Assembly (NCBI GenBank): GCA_030264375.1
Contig: JASCQW010000177.1
Location: 15,347,243-15,411,242, forward strand
DNA length: 64,000 nt
Source of the DNA: Carcharhinus longimanus
Taxonomy: Eukaryota
Reading direction: 5' to 3'
Numbering within the stretch: position 1 is the stretch's first letter; each line of letters starts with the position of its first letter. The notes beneath the pieces are model-generated. The model was not told the origin of the DNA, did no database searches, and worked only from the letters and a program-made list of their open reading frames with translations. Made by a program: the position numbers and the translations under genes. This document shows, piece by piece, positions 24,151 to 37,650 of the stretch.

Positions 24151-26366
24151 TATGCTTCTAGATGGCAACATGGCACAATCCATGAGGAAAGGCATCATTA
24201 CCCTCATCTACAAGCAGAAGGGGGAGAGGGATAAATTTAGAAATTGGCGACCCATTTCACAGTTGAACATGGACTATAAAATTCTGTCCAAGATCATTTC
24301 CAACCAGGTCAAGTCTGCTCTGGAGTCGGTGATCCATCCTGACCTGTGCTGTATCCAGCAGGAAGATCTCGGATAGCCTTGCAATACTCAAGGATACAAC
24401 TGCCCAAGTGCAGGAAAGGAGGCGGACACCCTCCTCATCAGCCTGGACCAGGAGAAGGCATCTGACAGAATATTGCACATTTGCATGCTAGATGTGGTCT
24501 CCAAAATGGGGTTTGGGGAGTAAATCCACAGTTGGATCCAACTGCTCTACACAAACATTAGTAGCACAGTTAAATCAATGAATGAGAATAAGAAGATTTT
24601 CAGATCAAATCTGGATCAGGTAGGGTTACCCTCTCTCTTCTGTCCTGTTTGTGTATTGCATTGAGCCTTTTGCTGAATCCATCAGGCAGGATCCGGGCAT
24701 AGGAGGAGTGACGATCCCAGGCAGCGGATGCACATAGGTCAAAACCTTCCTGTACAAGGATAATGTCACTGTTTTCTGCTCCGATCTGATATCATTGCAT
24801 GGGCTCCTGAATGGCTGCAGCCAGTTTGAACTGGACTTGGGAGTCAAGGTAAACTGGGGCAGAAGCGAAGCCACGTTCTTTAGGAACTGGGATGACCGAT
24901 CTTTTGCTTCTTCATTATCAGAACAGATTTCCTGAAGGTGCTGGGAATATGATTCGGAGTAGCTGGAGCATGCACCAAAAACTGGGAGGATCATACTGCC
25001 AAGGTAAAGCTGGGAATGTGGGAGCAATATTTCCTTTCCATTGCAGGAAAAAAACCTAGTCATCCGGTGTGAGGTTCTCTCGGCGTTGGTGTATGTAGCA
25101 CAGGTCTGGCCCATACCCTGAATCTGTGTGGTATCAGTCACCTGAGCCATCCTCAAATTCACTTGGAGATCCAGAAGGCACAATGCACAAATTTCTGGAT
25201 AAGGGAGGAGAAAAAGTACTCAATGCCACCCTCATCCTGATGACCACGTTTGTGCGCGGTGGCATCAAGTTGTGTGTAGATCCTTGGTATGCAAACACCA
25301 AGTGTCGCCACATACAGAGATTCTATCTTTCCCTGATGTTGTGGGGGATGCGCTGGCCACATTGCCATGGAATGCTTCAAGTAGTTGGACCATACCTTAT
25401 CACCTGTCCCTCATGGAAAGCTTTATGCCGAGAAGTACCTTTGACCACAAGTCGATCAAGCAGTGGCCTGAGCATAATGTCCTCAAGGCCCTGAGGGAAA
25501 AGGAGACGGGAGATGGTTCTTGAGCAGATTGTAAAAACAATTTTGGCAGAAAGCCTCATCATCAGGACTTTCAAATAAGCACCCAGACGTAGTTTGGGTT
25601 GTGGTGAGAAGGGCACTTGCCATCTGATCCTTCCTATACGTCCAAGTCTCTGCACCACCACACACTATCCTCGAAGTGGCTGTGAGGAGAGGGGAAATGA
25701 TACAGTCGCAGACCATGCCTCTACAAAGAAGGTCTGGAGAGAGATGCGGTGATATTTGTTGAGGTTCATCCCGAGTGATGCAGGATTCTGTGCTTTACGG
25801 ATTATTTCCAGGGACATACACCGAGACAAACATCAGCTGCTGTTGGAGGGTCATCAACTCAGTGAAAGACACTCTTTGGTCTGCCCAATAGCTGTTGATC
25901 TACCAGTGCAAAGGATTGTCCTCCACCGAGTGTTTCAGACTGGCACATTCCGAGGTCCAGGACTATGTGCTGAGGAACACTCTCCAGTTTGGGGTAGCCA
26001 CTATCAAGGTGCAATGGGGAAAGGCCAGTACGTAAGGTGTTTCAGCCAATGTACTCTGAGTGGCTAGTAATTGTGTAAAACCGCCTAGACGGAGTGTTTA
26101 ATTCTAACTGCACATAACTGTATTGAAGCACTGCAGAGTGCAACATGACCAATGTATATAGTTTGTAAAGAATTGTACTCTCGAGATTTAAAATATTGAA
26201 ATGTTTGTAATGTACTTATTCCTGAATTGAAGCACCACAGGGTGTATCTTGATCTCTAGAGGAAATATGAACATCATTGCACTTCACTGTTATAACTATT
26301 TGACATGTTTTGTAATGTTTCTTTCAGATTATTTTATGAACAAAGTATATTTTTGCAAATGAAAAA
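24151..26366 (+). mobile_element. Tx1/L1-clade LINE, 5'-truncated and decayed
   Basis: KGIITLIYKQKG...NWRPISQLNMDYKILSK, SLDQEKASDR, QGYPLSS-like and LYKDN (YxDD-like) RT motifs in shifting frames; AT-rich 3' UTR ending aaagtatatttttgcaaatgaaaaa. Confidence 0.85.
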
Positions 26367-26563
26367 CCTTTCACTGTGACCCAACACCATAATCAGAAGC
26401 TGCACTGCTCCACATTTCCCTTTGAGATTCCTCCCAGGCTGTATCTATCATAGCGTCCACCTTATGAACTACAACATTTGTAATTCAACACTAATTATTT
26501 TTAGCCTACATGTAATTAATTCCTGACCATACATTAGTTTGACTTCCAAAGAGTACATTGCTA

Positions 26564-27016
<453 letters not shown>

Positions 27017-27839
27017 NNNNNNNNNNNNNNNNNNNNNNNNNNNNNNNNNNNNNNNNNNNNNNNNNNNNNNNNNNNNNNNNNNNNNNNNNNNNNNNNNNNN
27101 NNNNNNNNNNNNNNNNAGCTGCACATTTCTAATCCGGACTTCTGACCGGGTCCTGCTGAGGTGGGGGACGGGGGGGGGACGGGGGGCGGATGCGTGCGCG
27201 CTCAATTAGCCGGAAGTTTGGTGGTTGAATGGTTAGTCAGGGGGTGGGGGGTAGTTAAGGTTTGTCAATGGGGGTCAGGTGGTCAGTGGGACTGGGGAGG
27301 TAGTCGGGACTGGGTGTAGTCGAATGATGACGGGGAGAGTGTGGGCAGTAGTCAGGAGTGAGGCAAGGTTACTGGTGGAGGAGGTGAGGGGGGATTGGGG
27401 GTAGAGCTAATCAGGGAGCTTCAGTTAGATGGAGTGGCTGGATAGAGGAGGTGGTCAGTCGTATGGTTACCCAGGAGTTAAATGTGGTTTTGATCTTTCC
27501 AACTTTTCCTGGGGTAACTATTCTAAGAGAATCAGAACTACCCAAAATCTCTGAGTTAAATCTGAGTTTTGGAGGGTTCAAAGGAAGTAGAAACTTTCCA
27601 GACAATTCCCACGTAATCTTTGGGAATTTTGCAGGGGATTCCACCAGAACATCAGTTTGGACAATGGGGGTTGGTTATTTGATCATATGGAACATTGCAA
27701 TTCAGCCTAATGCTGTTCTCTTTTTCTTTAGCACACACACACAAACACTCACTAGAAACTGTAAGATGCTAAACATGAGACTGAGGAGTCAAAAAGAAAC
27801 AAAGATTGAACTGTAATCGGGTTTAATAATGAAACATAC

Positions 27840-27980
27840 TCTGGCCATCCTTCTCCAGTTGACACAGTGAAGAGAGTCAGCAGAGCCCATAGTACATTAT
27901 CATAATGAAACTCATATCGTTTCCACTCCCGCTTCTGTGCCTTAATATCACTTTCCCTCATGTAGACCAAGTATTGTCCT
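27840..27980 (-). CDS. CACNA1A: CACNA1A exon ~27 (141 nt): (R)[46 protein letters not shown] (III pore loop)
   Basis: Acceptor tgtttcag, donor gtatgt; TGEGW selectivity filter. Confidence 0.97.
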
Positions 27981-28629
27981 CTGAAACAGAAAAGAGTAAG
28001 GAAAAATGAAAGGAAGGCTCATATTTACATATTTTTTAAAACATCTCAAAATAAATTCAAAGCCCCTAAAAACAAATCAATTCAGAATACAGTGGTTAGT
28101 GTTTTACAGGTAGATGGGCAGTCATTGTCTGTTAGGAACTACCCAAGCTGAATAAACAAAGAGTTAATTTGTTCCTGGTAGTGTTGATTGAGGAAGGAAT
28201 ATTGATCAAGGTACTGGAAGAACTTTCCGCTTCTCTTTTAAGATCCTTTAACACAATTGGAAGTCTGCCTAAACTCCTAGAACAGGTAAGTGTGGCCTTG
28301 ACCACCTTCTGTTTTGCCAGAGCTGATGAAACATCACAGACGTGAAATGTTAACTCTGTTCCTCTCTCTGTAAATGTTGCCTGATCTGAGTATTTTCAGT
28401 ATTTTGTGTATTTATTTCAGGCACCAGCCATTGCTTTTGGCTAACATTAAGTGATCAGGCAGGTCTTAGTTTTGGAACCAATTTGTGAGAATGAACAAGT
28501 TGGGAGTCCAAATCAGAAAGAATACAAAGACTGTGGTAGAATCAGCCAAGACTGCATTTGGGTAACAGTGGGTGCATCTACACCAGAGCAGTAAGTTAAT
28601 TCATGGGATGCAGTTGTTTCTATTCTGCA

Positions 28630-28950
28630 TCCTTAAGTGTCCTTGAGAAGGCGGTGGTGGTGAGCTACCTTCCTGAATATTACTGAATGGCTAACTGTGC
28701 CATTTCAGAGGGCATTGAGAGTCAAACACAGCGTGAAAAATCTGGCGTCACATTTATGCCAGATCAGTAAGGACAAGAGGTTTCCCTCCTGAAAGAATAT
28801 TAGTGAAACATATATTTTTTTTACAACAATCAGGTAGATTTGTGGTTACTATTACTGATTCTAACTTTTTATTCCAGATTTATTTAATTAATTGGATTTA
28901 AGTTCCTCAGTTGCCATTGTAGAATTTGAACTCAAGTCTCTGGATCATGG
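28630..28950 (-). mobile_element. LF-SINE-like copy
   Basis: Homologous to 6215-6545. Confidence 0.6.
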
Positions 28951-28959
28951 TTCTAGGGT

Positions 28960-29880
28960 TTCCCCACATTTCACTAGCTGTGGGAGTGGGCGTGCAAAAT
29001 GGTTGTTTCCTGTTGACAATAGCAGGTTTCCATGCAGTATCATCTACTTCCCACCTCATTCATTAAGTACACATGCGAGATATGCTGTATCACTGGCATG
29101 TAGCACCTCATTCACCTGTCCTGCCATTAGCTCTCTGCTTCCTTACTCCAGCCACCACGTTTAAATATCAGCCAAACACAGCTTTCTCCATTTCTGTAGC
29201 TCAGGGCTGCTACAGATCACACAGATGGCCCCAAAAGGGAAGAAGACAGCAGCATCCAAGTTCAGTGATGCCTCGCTCGAATATCCACCATGATGTCCTC
29301 CACCTCTGATGGCTGCAGATGGTCCACCAACCTCGCCAATCCAGCTTGGGGGTGATCACAGCAGTTGTCAGCACTAATGCTGCCCAAAAGAGATCAACCA
29401 CCCAGTGCAGAAAGAAGATAACTGATCTCATCCATGCTGCCAGAGTAAGTCAACCATCTCATCACTCTCAACTCACACACACTCTGAATCTTGCTCATAC
29501 GCTCTCCATTGTCTTTACACAGGACAAGCTGGCAAACAATAAAAGGGAGAGGTCCAGTCTGGGGTGGAATGCTGGAACTTGGTCAAATCACTGAGCTAGT
29601 CAGACAGGGAGTGGACAGTACCTATAGCAATGGGGATACTGACAGCACACCTCCACGTGAGTATCCTGCACCAGCTCATCCCTCAGTAAACAGTCGGTGC
29701 ACTGTCATGAATTTTATTCCAATGCCACAGATTAACTATCTCTACTTTCTTTCATAGGTACCTCTGCCTAGCATCCAAAGCCTTCATCCAGTCGAGCTCT
29801 TACCTCAGATGAGGAAGCCACCACAGGAGACCTATCAGAATGCTCCCACACCTTCCACCAATGCAGAGAGAGACAAACAT
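28960..29880 (+). mobile_element. PIF/Harbinger remnant with a spliced Myb/SANT-like gene fragment
   Basis: VSTNAAQKRSTTQCRKKITDLIHAAR|gtaagt (29445) ... tttacacag|DKLANNKRER (29523); same structure as 39603-40157. Confidence 0.7.
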
Positions 29881-30272
29881 CAGTGGGGCCTTATTCCCCC
29901 ATTATTAGTGGCGGGGGGTGGGGGGGAGTTCTCCCAAAAAAATTCTAAGTGTTGAATTTGTGTAAANNNNNNNNNNNNNNNNNNNNNNNNNNNNNNNNNN
30001 NNNNNNNNNNNNNNNNNNNNNNNNNNNNNNNNNNNNNNNNNNNNNNNNNNNNNNNNNNNNNNNNNNCAAATCTCCCAATGCCTCTGCACCAGCAATCCCA
30101 ATCAGCCCACCTCTTCCCCTCCCCCTCATAGTTTCAACCCCCTGACATAATCTTGCATTTATAAAGCACCTTGCATAACCTCAGGATGTTTCAAAACATT
30201 TCATAGCCAACAAAGCACTTTTGAAGCCTAATTAATCACTATTGCAATGTAGGAAAATGTGGCAGCCAATTT

Positions 30273-30437
30273 AGAATCATAAAATCCCTACAGTGCAGAA
30301 GAAGGCCATTTGGCCCATCAAGCCTGCACCAATCACAATTCCACCCAGGCCTTAAACCCGTAACCCCATTACCCTGCTAATCCTTCTGACAGGGGCAACT
30401 TAGCATGGCCAGTCCACCTAACCTGCACACCTTTGGT
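30273..30437 (-). mobile_element. HE1-like SINE 3' portion
   Basis: Reverse complement of the SINE tail at 1800-1883. Confidence 0.8.
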
Positions 30438-30946
30438 GTGAATTTGTAGACAGGCAAGTTTTAATTCAATGTGAAATATTATACAGGTCCAGCGGACCAA
30501 AATTTCCCCCAGGAAACCCATTAAAAATGTAAAAGCATAATACTGCGAATGCTGGAACCCGAAATAAAAACAGAAAATGCTGGAAAATCTCAGTCTGACA
30601 GCAGCTGTGGGGAGAGAATTGAACTAATGTTCTGACTCTAGATGACCCTTCGTCAGCTCTATTCTCTCCCCACAGATGCTGTCAGACCTGCTGAGATTTT
30701 CCACCATTAAAAATTCCCTAAATTAAATCACTGGAAAATCTGACTGCTAATTGTTGTACTCCATTTGCACTCTATTATCTCCCTTATCTTCCTCCAATAC
30801 ACACCAGGCCTTATTCAATAGAGACAATGGCAGGTGACTTGTTCTGGAAGTATCTATAGCTTCCTTAAGGATGCAAAGCAACAGCTCAGAGTATATTTTC
30901 TCCATTCTCTCTTTTCTTAACACATCGAACAAATGTTGATCCTTCA

Positions 30947-31237
<291 letters not shown>

Positions 31238-31314
31238 CTATATGGAGAGAGTAACAAAATGAAAGAACCAGAAAAAAATTGCAAAATTTATTAAACTGAC
31301 TAGAACAAATCACT

Positions 31315-32095
31315 GGGCAAAATCTTAACAAAAAATGGCAGAATGTTGTTTCTGATGAGAAAACTGGCATATTTCTCTTCAGAGAAACTGGTTAGTTTTC
31401 TCACCAGATTCCACCATGCAAAAAAATTGATTGGGGCATCCTCTTTAATTGATGCCCTGATCAAAACTGCAATAAACTTTTCCCCAACCCACAGCTGAGG
31501 CCTCAGGGGCTCCCCTCACCACTTCTGCAATCGGAGCAAGCATTCACTTTGACCCCCTTATCCTCCGCGATCATCAGCCCCTTCTCCTCAACACACACCA
31601 CCCCACCTTGGACTGCTCTCGACCCACAATCAAAGCTGCACTAACCACACTCCCTTCCCATATCAGACTCCCACTGGGGCACGACCCTAGGCACAGGTTG
31701 GTACTGTCAGGGTAACACTGTGCCCAGCTGGCAGTGCCAACCTGTGTCAAGGGTACTGCCTGGAGGCATTGCCAGGTCAATGCCTGCACATGTCTCTGGG
31801 GCTCTACTTACCTTTGTGCCCCCAAAAAGACCTCCACATCAGGTTCACACCTGCATTAACTTGTTGTAAACCGCACCAACATCATGTGACATCAGTGCGG
31901 TTTGAAGATATGGTGAGGGGGTGAAGCTACGGCAGGGGAGTGGGTTAATAATATTCAAATGCATGCAAATTATGTCACCAGTGAGGGGCAGGAAGATCTG
32001 AAGTCACGTTCTCCCTGGAGAGGACTGTGGCTTCTAGATCTCAAGCCCCTACTGGCAGTCTTGCAGATAGCAATCACAGGCTCAAGATTTCACCC
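31315..32095. mobile_element. Non-autonomous DNA transposon (Harbinger-like MITE)
   Basis: 12-bp terminal inverted repeats gggcaaaatctt / aagatttcaccc (2 mismatches); GC-rich interior similar to 62362-63010. Confidence 0.55.
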
Positions 32096-32344
32096 TTTGT
32101 GTACAACTATATCTTAGATATGCTTATCAAGATTTCCTAGCAGCCTTTATCTTTTTAATACGTTTGTGATTTCACCAGAACTACCAATCAGATAAAGCTT
32201 TCTGAATATGTTAATAAAGCAATACACAAGGCACTGCAGTCATTCTTTCCTGTTTCTACAGAATTCTGGAACACAGTCTTAGTTTCCCCATAATGGAAAA
32301 GGAAGACGTCTGGAAGTGAAAGCAGTCTAATCAAAGAAAATCTA

Positions 32345-32464
<120 letters not shown>

Positions 32465-33992
32465 CTAAATTAGCACTTCACACAATAACGTCAGCAGTTA
32501 TAGAGCCTTTGGTGACTGTGCAATTGCTCCTTTTTTATACATTGAAAAACTCACCTCATTTCAGGAACATCACACTGAAGTAAAACCTCATGCTTTTTGA
32601 ATAAGTGTATTCACCTGGAATAAAGGCCCAATAAACAATGGCTTTCTATAGCAATTATGCACCCTTTCTCACACTATTTTCACAGCCAACTGGAATTTTT
32701 TCTTAAGTGTTTTATCTTTTATTTTAATTGCATTTCAATGTAGAAATATATTAGTAGTATTGGAATGTTCATTGCATTATTTAAAGAAAGCAGGCAGCTT
32801 TTGATATTTAAACTGTTTAAAGAACAGGTTTCGTCAGAAGTACCCATTGATAGTCTGCTGGCAAACATGCTGTATTCTAATAAAAGCACTGCTAAAAACA
32901 TTTCTCGAACAATGCAGAATCAAAACCGATCTGAATGATAAATTTTCCAATTTAAGTTAAAAAAAAGCAATGACGTAACTAGCATAAGATGCAAACATCT
33001 CATACAATAAACATTTTATATTGCTCCTCAGAAGTGCCTTGGATTTTTATTATGTTAAAGTGCTATATAAATAAGCTGTTGCTGTTAAATATCTTATCCC
33101 AGTCAAGGGTACTGAACACATTTTGCCATTATTTTTCACAGTTGAGTAAATCATTTTTTTCTAAGTAGTATCAAATAGCAAAACCTTTTAGAGAGTTTAT
33201 ATCTGCATGTTTAAAAACGTGGAAGTTTTAATTGTACCTTACAGCACTATAAGCCAATAGTAAACTTCCTGGGAAAGCAATTAATCAGTTGGACACATCA
33301 ATTACTGCAAGTTATGAATCCAGTTGTACAACTGGGTGCCTTGAATCCAAAAGGGAATGATTAATATCTTCCAAGGAACATAGGACTTATTTTATTCATA
33401 GTATTGATAAAAGGGAGAAAAGAATACAATATTTAAACACAAATTATAAGAGCAAAATTTTGAAGGATAAATCCTTCGGGCAGAATTTTACAGCCCCTCC
33501 TGCCAGCAGGATTTCCCGCAGATGGCACTGGACTTTAGGACAGCTTGCCACATTTTATGGTCCAGCCCCTGTCACAGATGGCTGTACATTATACTTCACG
33601 TGTTTTTGTTTTTGCTAAGTGAGGGATGTTAGCGCTGGGGAATGGAACCCTTTTCAAGCAATGATGCTGATATCAAACACTCTTAAGATTAGGATAACAC
33701 AACCAGATTCAGGTTCCCCAGGTTCCCCTTACCCCATCCCAAAAATATACCTCAACACACAGAAGAACCCTCAGCCTCCCTACATTGCACTATTATCGCA
33801 CTTTTGTACTTATAACCAAACATCTTATGGTCGATTACAATGAATTTGACAACTTGGAGTTGAATTATTATTAATCTGTGCTGAAGGCCCTCACTCATTA
33901 GGACTTGTATTGAAACTGTCCAATCAATTTTGTACAGGATCCTTACCACCAATTTACAGGAGTCTGGGTTCAACTTGCACTTAACAAGTTTA

Positions 33993-34280
33993 CAGTGCAC
34001 TCTGCCTCACAGGATCAGGAGCCTGCATTTGTTTCCGGCCTTGGGTTACTGTCTGTGTGGAGTAAGCACATCTCCCTGTGTCTGTGTGAATTTCCTCCAG
34101 GTGATTCGGTTTCCCACCACACTCCAAAGATATGTAGGTTAGGTGGATTAGCCATGGTAAATGTGCAGGGTTATGGGGATGGGGCAGAGTGGAGGGCTTG
34201 GGTGGGATGCTCTTTTGAAGAGTCAGTGCAGACGCGATGGGCCAGATGGCCTCTTTCTGCACAGTAGGGATTCTGTGGTT
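33993..34280 (+). mobile_element. HE1-like SINE
   Basis: Body gtctgtgtggag...tttcctcc...ggttaggtggattagccatg and CR1-like tail. Confidence 0.8.
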
Positions 34281-34904
34281 CTCAAGCATCACAGGATTAA
34301 CCTATTGTCTGAATGCTGTAGGGAAAATATAGGCTGAAATGTTCCAGCTGTTCACACCAGAGGGATTCTCTGGTCCAGCTGCAGTGAATGGAGATTTGGC
34401 TGACCACCAAATTCTCTGTTCTCGCTTGCAGTGGTGACGGGGTCTGAATGGCTAGGAAATTCCGGCCCTACAATATACATCATTTTTTTGAAGAATTAGC
34501 CAGGTTTACCTTTGGCAGAAAATGATAATGTCACTGACAAAGGGTTTGATAAAACTGAAGATTTGTTCTCAGATCCGGAAGCAATTGTATAATGGGTTTA
34601 GCTTGGTAAACTCTTTACAGCTGATATATTTCACTTTAGTTACAGCCTTGCTGCTCAGGGTGTGCTTGTTGCAATCTCAGACAAACAACTCTTACTATCC
34701 TCATGAGAAAGGTTCGAGGATCTCCTTAATTTTTCCTGTCTCAGAATATCAACAGAGTACTTACAAAAAGTTCAAAATTTGTATTCACAAATAAGATCTC
34801 ATCAATCAAATTTATGTAATCACATTTTTCAGATTCAAGGAATGACTCATTTTTTGAGTTCTGATATTTTATTGCAAGATCTTTGAGGCAGCAAACATTT
34901 TAAA

Positions 34905-35262
34905 AATTCTTTCATGAGATGTGGGCATTGGTGGCAAGGCCAGCATTTGTGGCCCATTCCTAATTGCTCTTGAACTGATTGACTTGCTCAGCCATTTCAG
35001 AGGGCAGTTACGAGTTAACCTTATTGCTGTGGCTCTGGAGTCACACGTAGGCCGGACTGGGTAAAGACCATTAGTGAACCAGATGGATTTTTTTATGATA
35101 GCTTCAAGGTCACCATTACTGAGACTAACTTTCAATTGCAGATTTCATTAATTGAATTTAAATTCCACCAGCTGCTGTGGTGAGACTTTTAAAGCATCCC
35201 CAGAATATTAGCCTAAGCTTCTAGATTACTAGTCTGGTGACATTATCACTATGACAGCATCA
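34905..35262 (-). mobile_element. LF-SINE-like copy, near full length
   Basis: Homologous to 6215-6545, including the gatgtgggc...ggcaaggccagcattt tail and the tRNA-like head. Confidence 0.7.
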
Positions 35263-36252
35263 CTCCCTTCGCCACGCATCCTCCATAATAAGAAGGGTAA
35301 GTTGTGAATTTAGTGCATTTCATTGATATTTCTTTTGCAGAATTTTGCTGGGAGTTAGACATTCAGATTCACGTAAACAGGATTACAGATACAGCCATGA
35401 CCAATCTAAGCCACTTGTCTTCATTCTTGCTTAATTGAGCTAGTTTGTTAAATAACTAGTTTGCTAAATCATAAATTAAGAGGTTCTTTTTAGTGTATTT
35501 TCCATATATTTCCTGTGTATACAAATAATGCATAACGCATTAGATTTCTACTGCAGAACTACTTGCAGCACATTGGAGTTTATGAACAGTTGGATAGAAC
35601 TATTCATCAGTAAGGTATAATACTTCATTAACATAATTTCTCAAATGCAGTTTCAGCATTATGGTTGAGTGACAGTGTTCAGTCCTAATTTACATTTACA
35701 CTGTATAAGACTTGATCTTTTAACCGATCCAAGATGGGGTTGATGCAAGGTTCTGTAAAAGGGGCAGGTTCCAACAGAGTGCGATGATATTTTAAAATAA
35801 GTTCATACATGTATGAAAATGTTCTATTATCTATGCCACTATAAAATAGGTTGACTCATCATTCAGAAAACAAAGAACTGATGCATATTTTTTAAAAAAA
35901 TATAGTAATTGAAAAGATATTTACTTCTCAAAATTATTGCTTGATCATCCCCAAAGCTAGACTGGTCAGTTCACAGCTGGATGTGTGGACATCTTAATGT
36001 TTTTAAAATACTACAGTTTTTAAAATACTACAGTTTTTAAAAGTTTCAGCAGTGATACCCAGCATAATCTGATACAATGACTTCAGAACCAACACCCAGC
36101 AGAACTGCAACATAATCACTCATCAGAAAGCACAAATATACATATATAAATAGATATAAAATAGAAAGTGAGAGAAACAGAGAGATACACAGAGAGGTAT
36201 AGAACACTGCAAATTTGCTGAGTATTATAAAGAGAAAGAGCAGAAATATTAC

Positions 36253-36264
36253 CCCATAAGGCTC
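36253..36264 (-). CDS. CACNA1A: Candidate 12-nt alternative microexon e24a (G AGC CTT ATG GG = Ser-Leu-Met-Gly) in the domain III S3-S4 loop
   Basis: Minus strand cactgacccttttctcgtctttcttgacttgctggatcag|GAGCCTTATGGG|gtaata: CUGAC branch point, polypyrimidine tract, UGC near the acceptor, phase 2-2; the peptide nearly matches Cav2.2 e24a SFMG. Confidence 0.85.
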
Positions 36265-37554
36265 CTGATCCAGCAAGTCAAGAAAGACGAGAAAAGGGTC
36301 AGTGTAAAAAAAGGACAAAAAAGCTTTTACACGTACTGCAAGTACAGAGGTGAATCAGACTTAGAAAACAGAAGGCACAGTTATAAAAACCTGAAGGACC
36401 AATACAGACAATGCAGTAAATAGGGAAACAGGACACAGGAGACACAAAGCACAGGCCCCAGCAGTCATGTCAGCCATGCTACATTAAAGAAATTGGTCAG
36501 GATACAATCTCCCTCATAGAATGCAGTTTTAAAAAAAAAAATCGGGATAGGAAAACTCTCCATTATTCTGTGTTCATATTACACACATGTAACCAACTAC
36601 AAGATGTAAAAGAATTTAAATTATTTGTTAATGTAAATTATGTCACTCCAACAGCACAGTTCCTATTAGGTGTTAGACAATATCAGAACCACACTGGGGA
36701 AGTGTAGATAATATTACATGGTGTGACAATGCTATGTGCAGCCTATCAAATTAATTTCACTGATCTTTTCCGATTTAATGCTTAAATAAAAATTTGATTC
36801 AATACAACTTTCAGTGCCTAACATAGATGCAACATGACCACACAATGGACACACATTGCTGCTGCTGCAGTGGGGAGCAAAGCCATTTTTGTAACATTTG
36901 TATAACACTGCAAAAGAGAATTTCCACACAAGTGGTATCACAGCAGGTTGGTGATCTCATCTAATTATTAAATTATAAAAATTACAAATTCATTTGTTCA
37001 TGTAAAACACAAAACATGAATGTTAAACAAAATAATGACTGATAGCCATGTTGTATTTAAATTACCTTTTGGGAGCCTAATTAAAACTTATTAAAGGAGC
37101 AACAATTCCTCATAATCATTAAATATAAAACACAGAAGCCTGTTCAGTATCCTCTATTTCCTGTTTCCCTCTTCTGTTATTCCCCCATGTAGTTTCTTTA
37201 GAGCATGCAATCTTCCCTACAAATTTCTAAGTAGATTCCGGGTTTACTTGGCTTCTGAGGTAGTGCCTGACTATAGATAAAGCACGAATTTTCAGCTTGG
37301 AGAGAAAGTAAGCCACGTAAAAGTGGCATTATTGTTTTATCCCATTCTTCAATTTTCCTCTGCTGTTTTGCATTCCCAGTAAAAAGTCTGACAACACCAG
37401 GTTTTAGTCCAACCGATTTATTTGATAGTAAACGCACAAGCTTTCGGGTTAGTNNNNNNNNNNNNNNNNNNNNNNNNNNNNNNNNNNNNNNNNNNNNNNN
37501 NNNNNNNNNNNNNNNNNNNNNNNNNNNNNNNNNNNNNNNNNNNNNNNNNNNNNA

Positions 37555-37650
37555 CAGTAAAAAGTCTGACAACACCAGGTTTTAGTCCAACCGATTTATT
37601 TGATAGTAAACGCACAAGCTTTCGGGTTAGCCCCTTCGTCAGGTGAATGC
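37555..37650 (-). mobile_element. Penelope pLTR-like fragment
   Basis: Arm cagtaaaaagtctgacaacaccaggttttagtcc is shared with 63066-63099 and (inverted) 14230-14312. Confidence 0.7.
37613..37645 (-). ncRNA. Minimal hammerhead ribozyme motif, intact core, sense to the CACNA1A pre-mRNA
   Basis: CAC-CUGACGA-A-GGG gcuaa CCC-GAAA-GCU-U-GUG: stem I CAC/GUG, stem II GGG/CCC, palindromic AGCU stem III. Confidence 0.65.

Noticed and set aside
32555-32574. 20-nt pseudo-exon with a strong GTGAGT donor near exon 25
   Set aside because: Frameshifting, contains TGA and has a short pyrimidine tract; no supporting features.
35999-36042. 17-bp tandem duplication (ttttaaaatactacagt, ~2.5 copies)
   Set aside because: An ordinary slippage duplication; not CRISPR-like because there are no spacers.
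37377-37453. Apparent tandem copy of the Penelope arm
   Set aside because: Identical to the sequence after the adjacent 100-N gap; not counted as a real copy without long reads.
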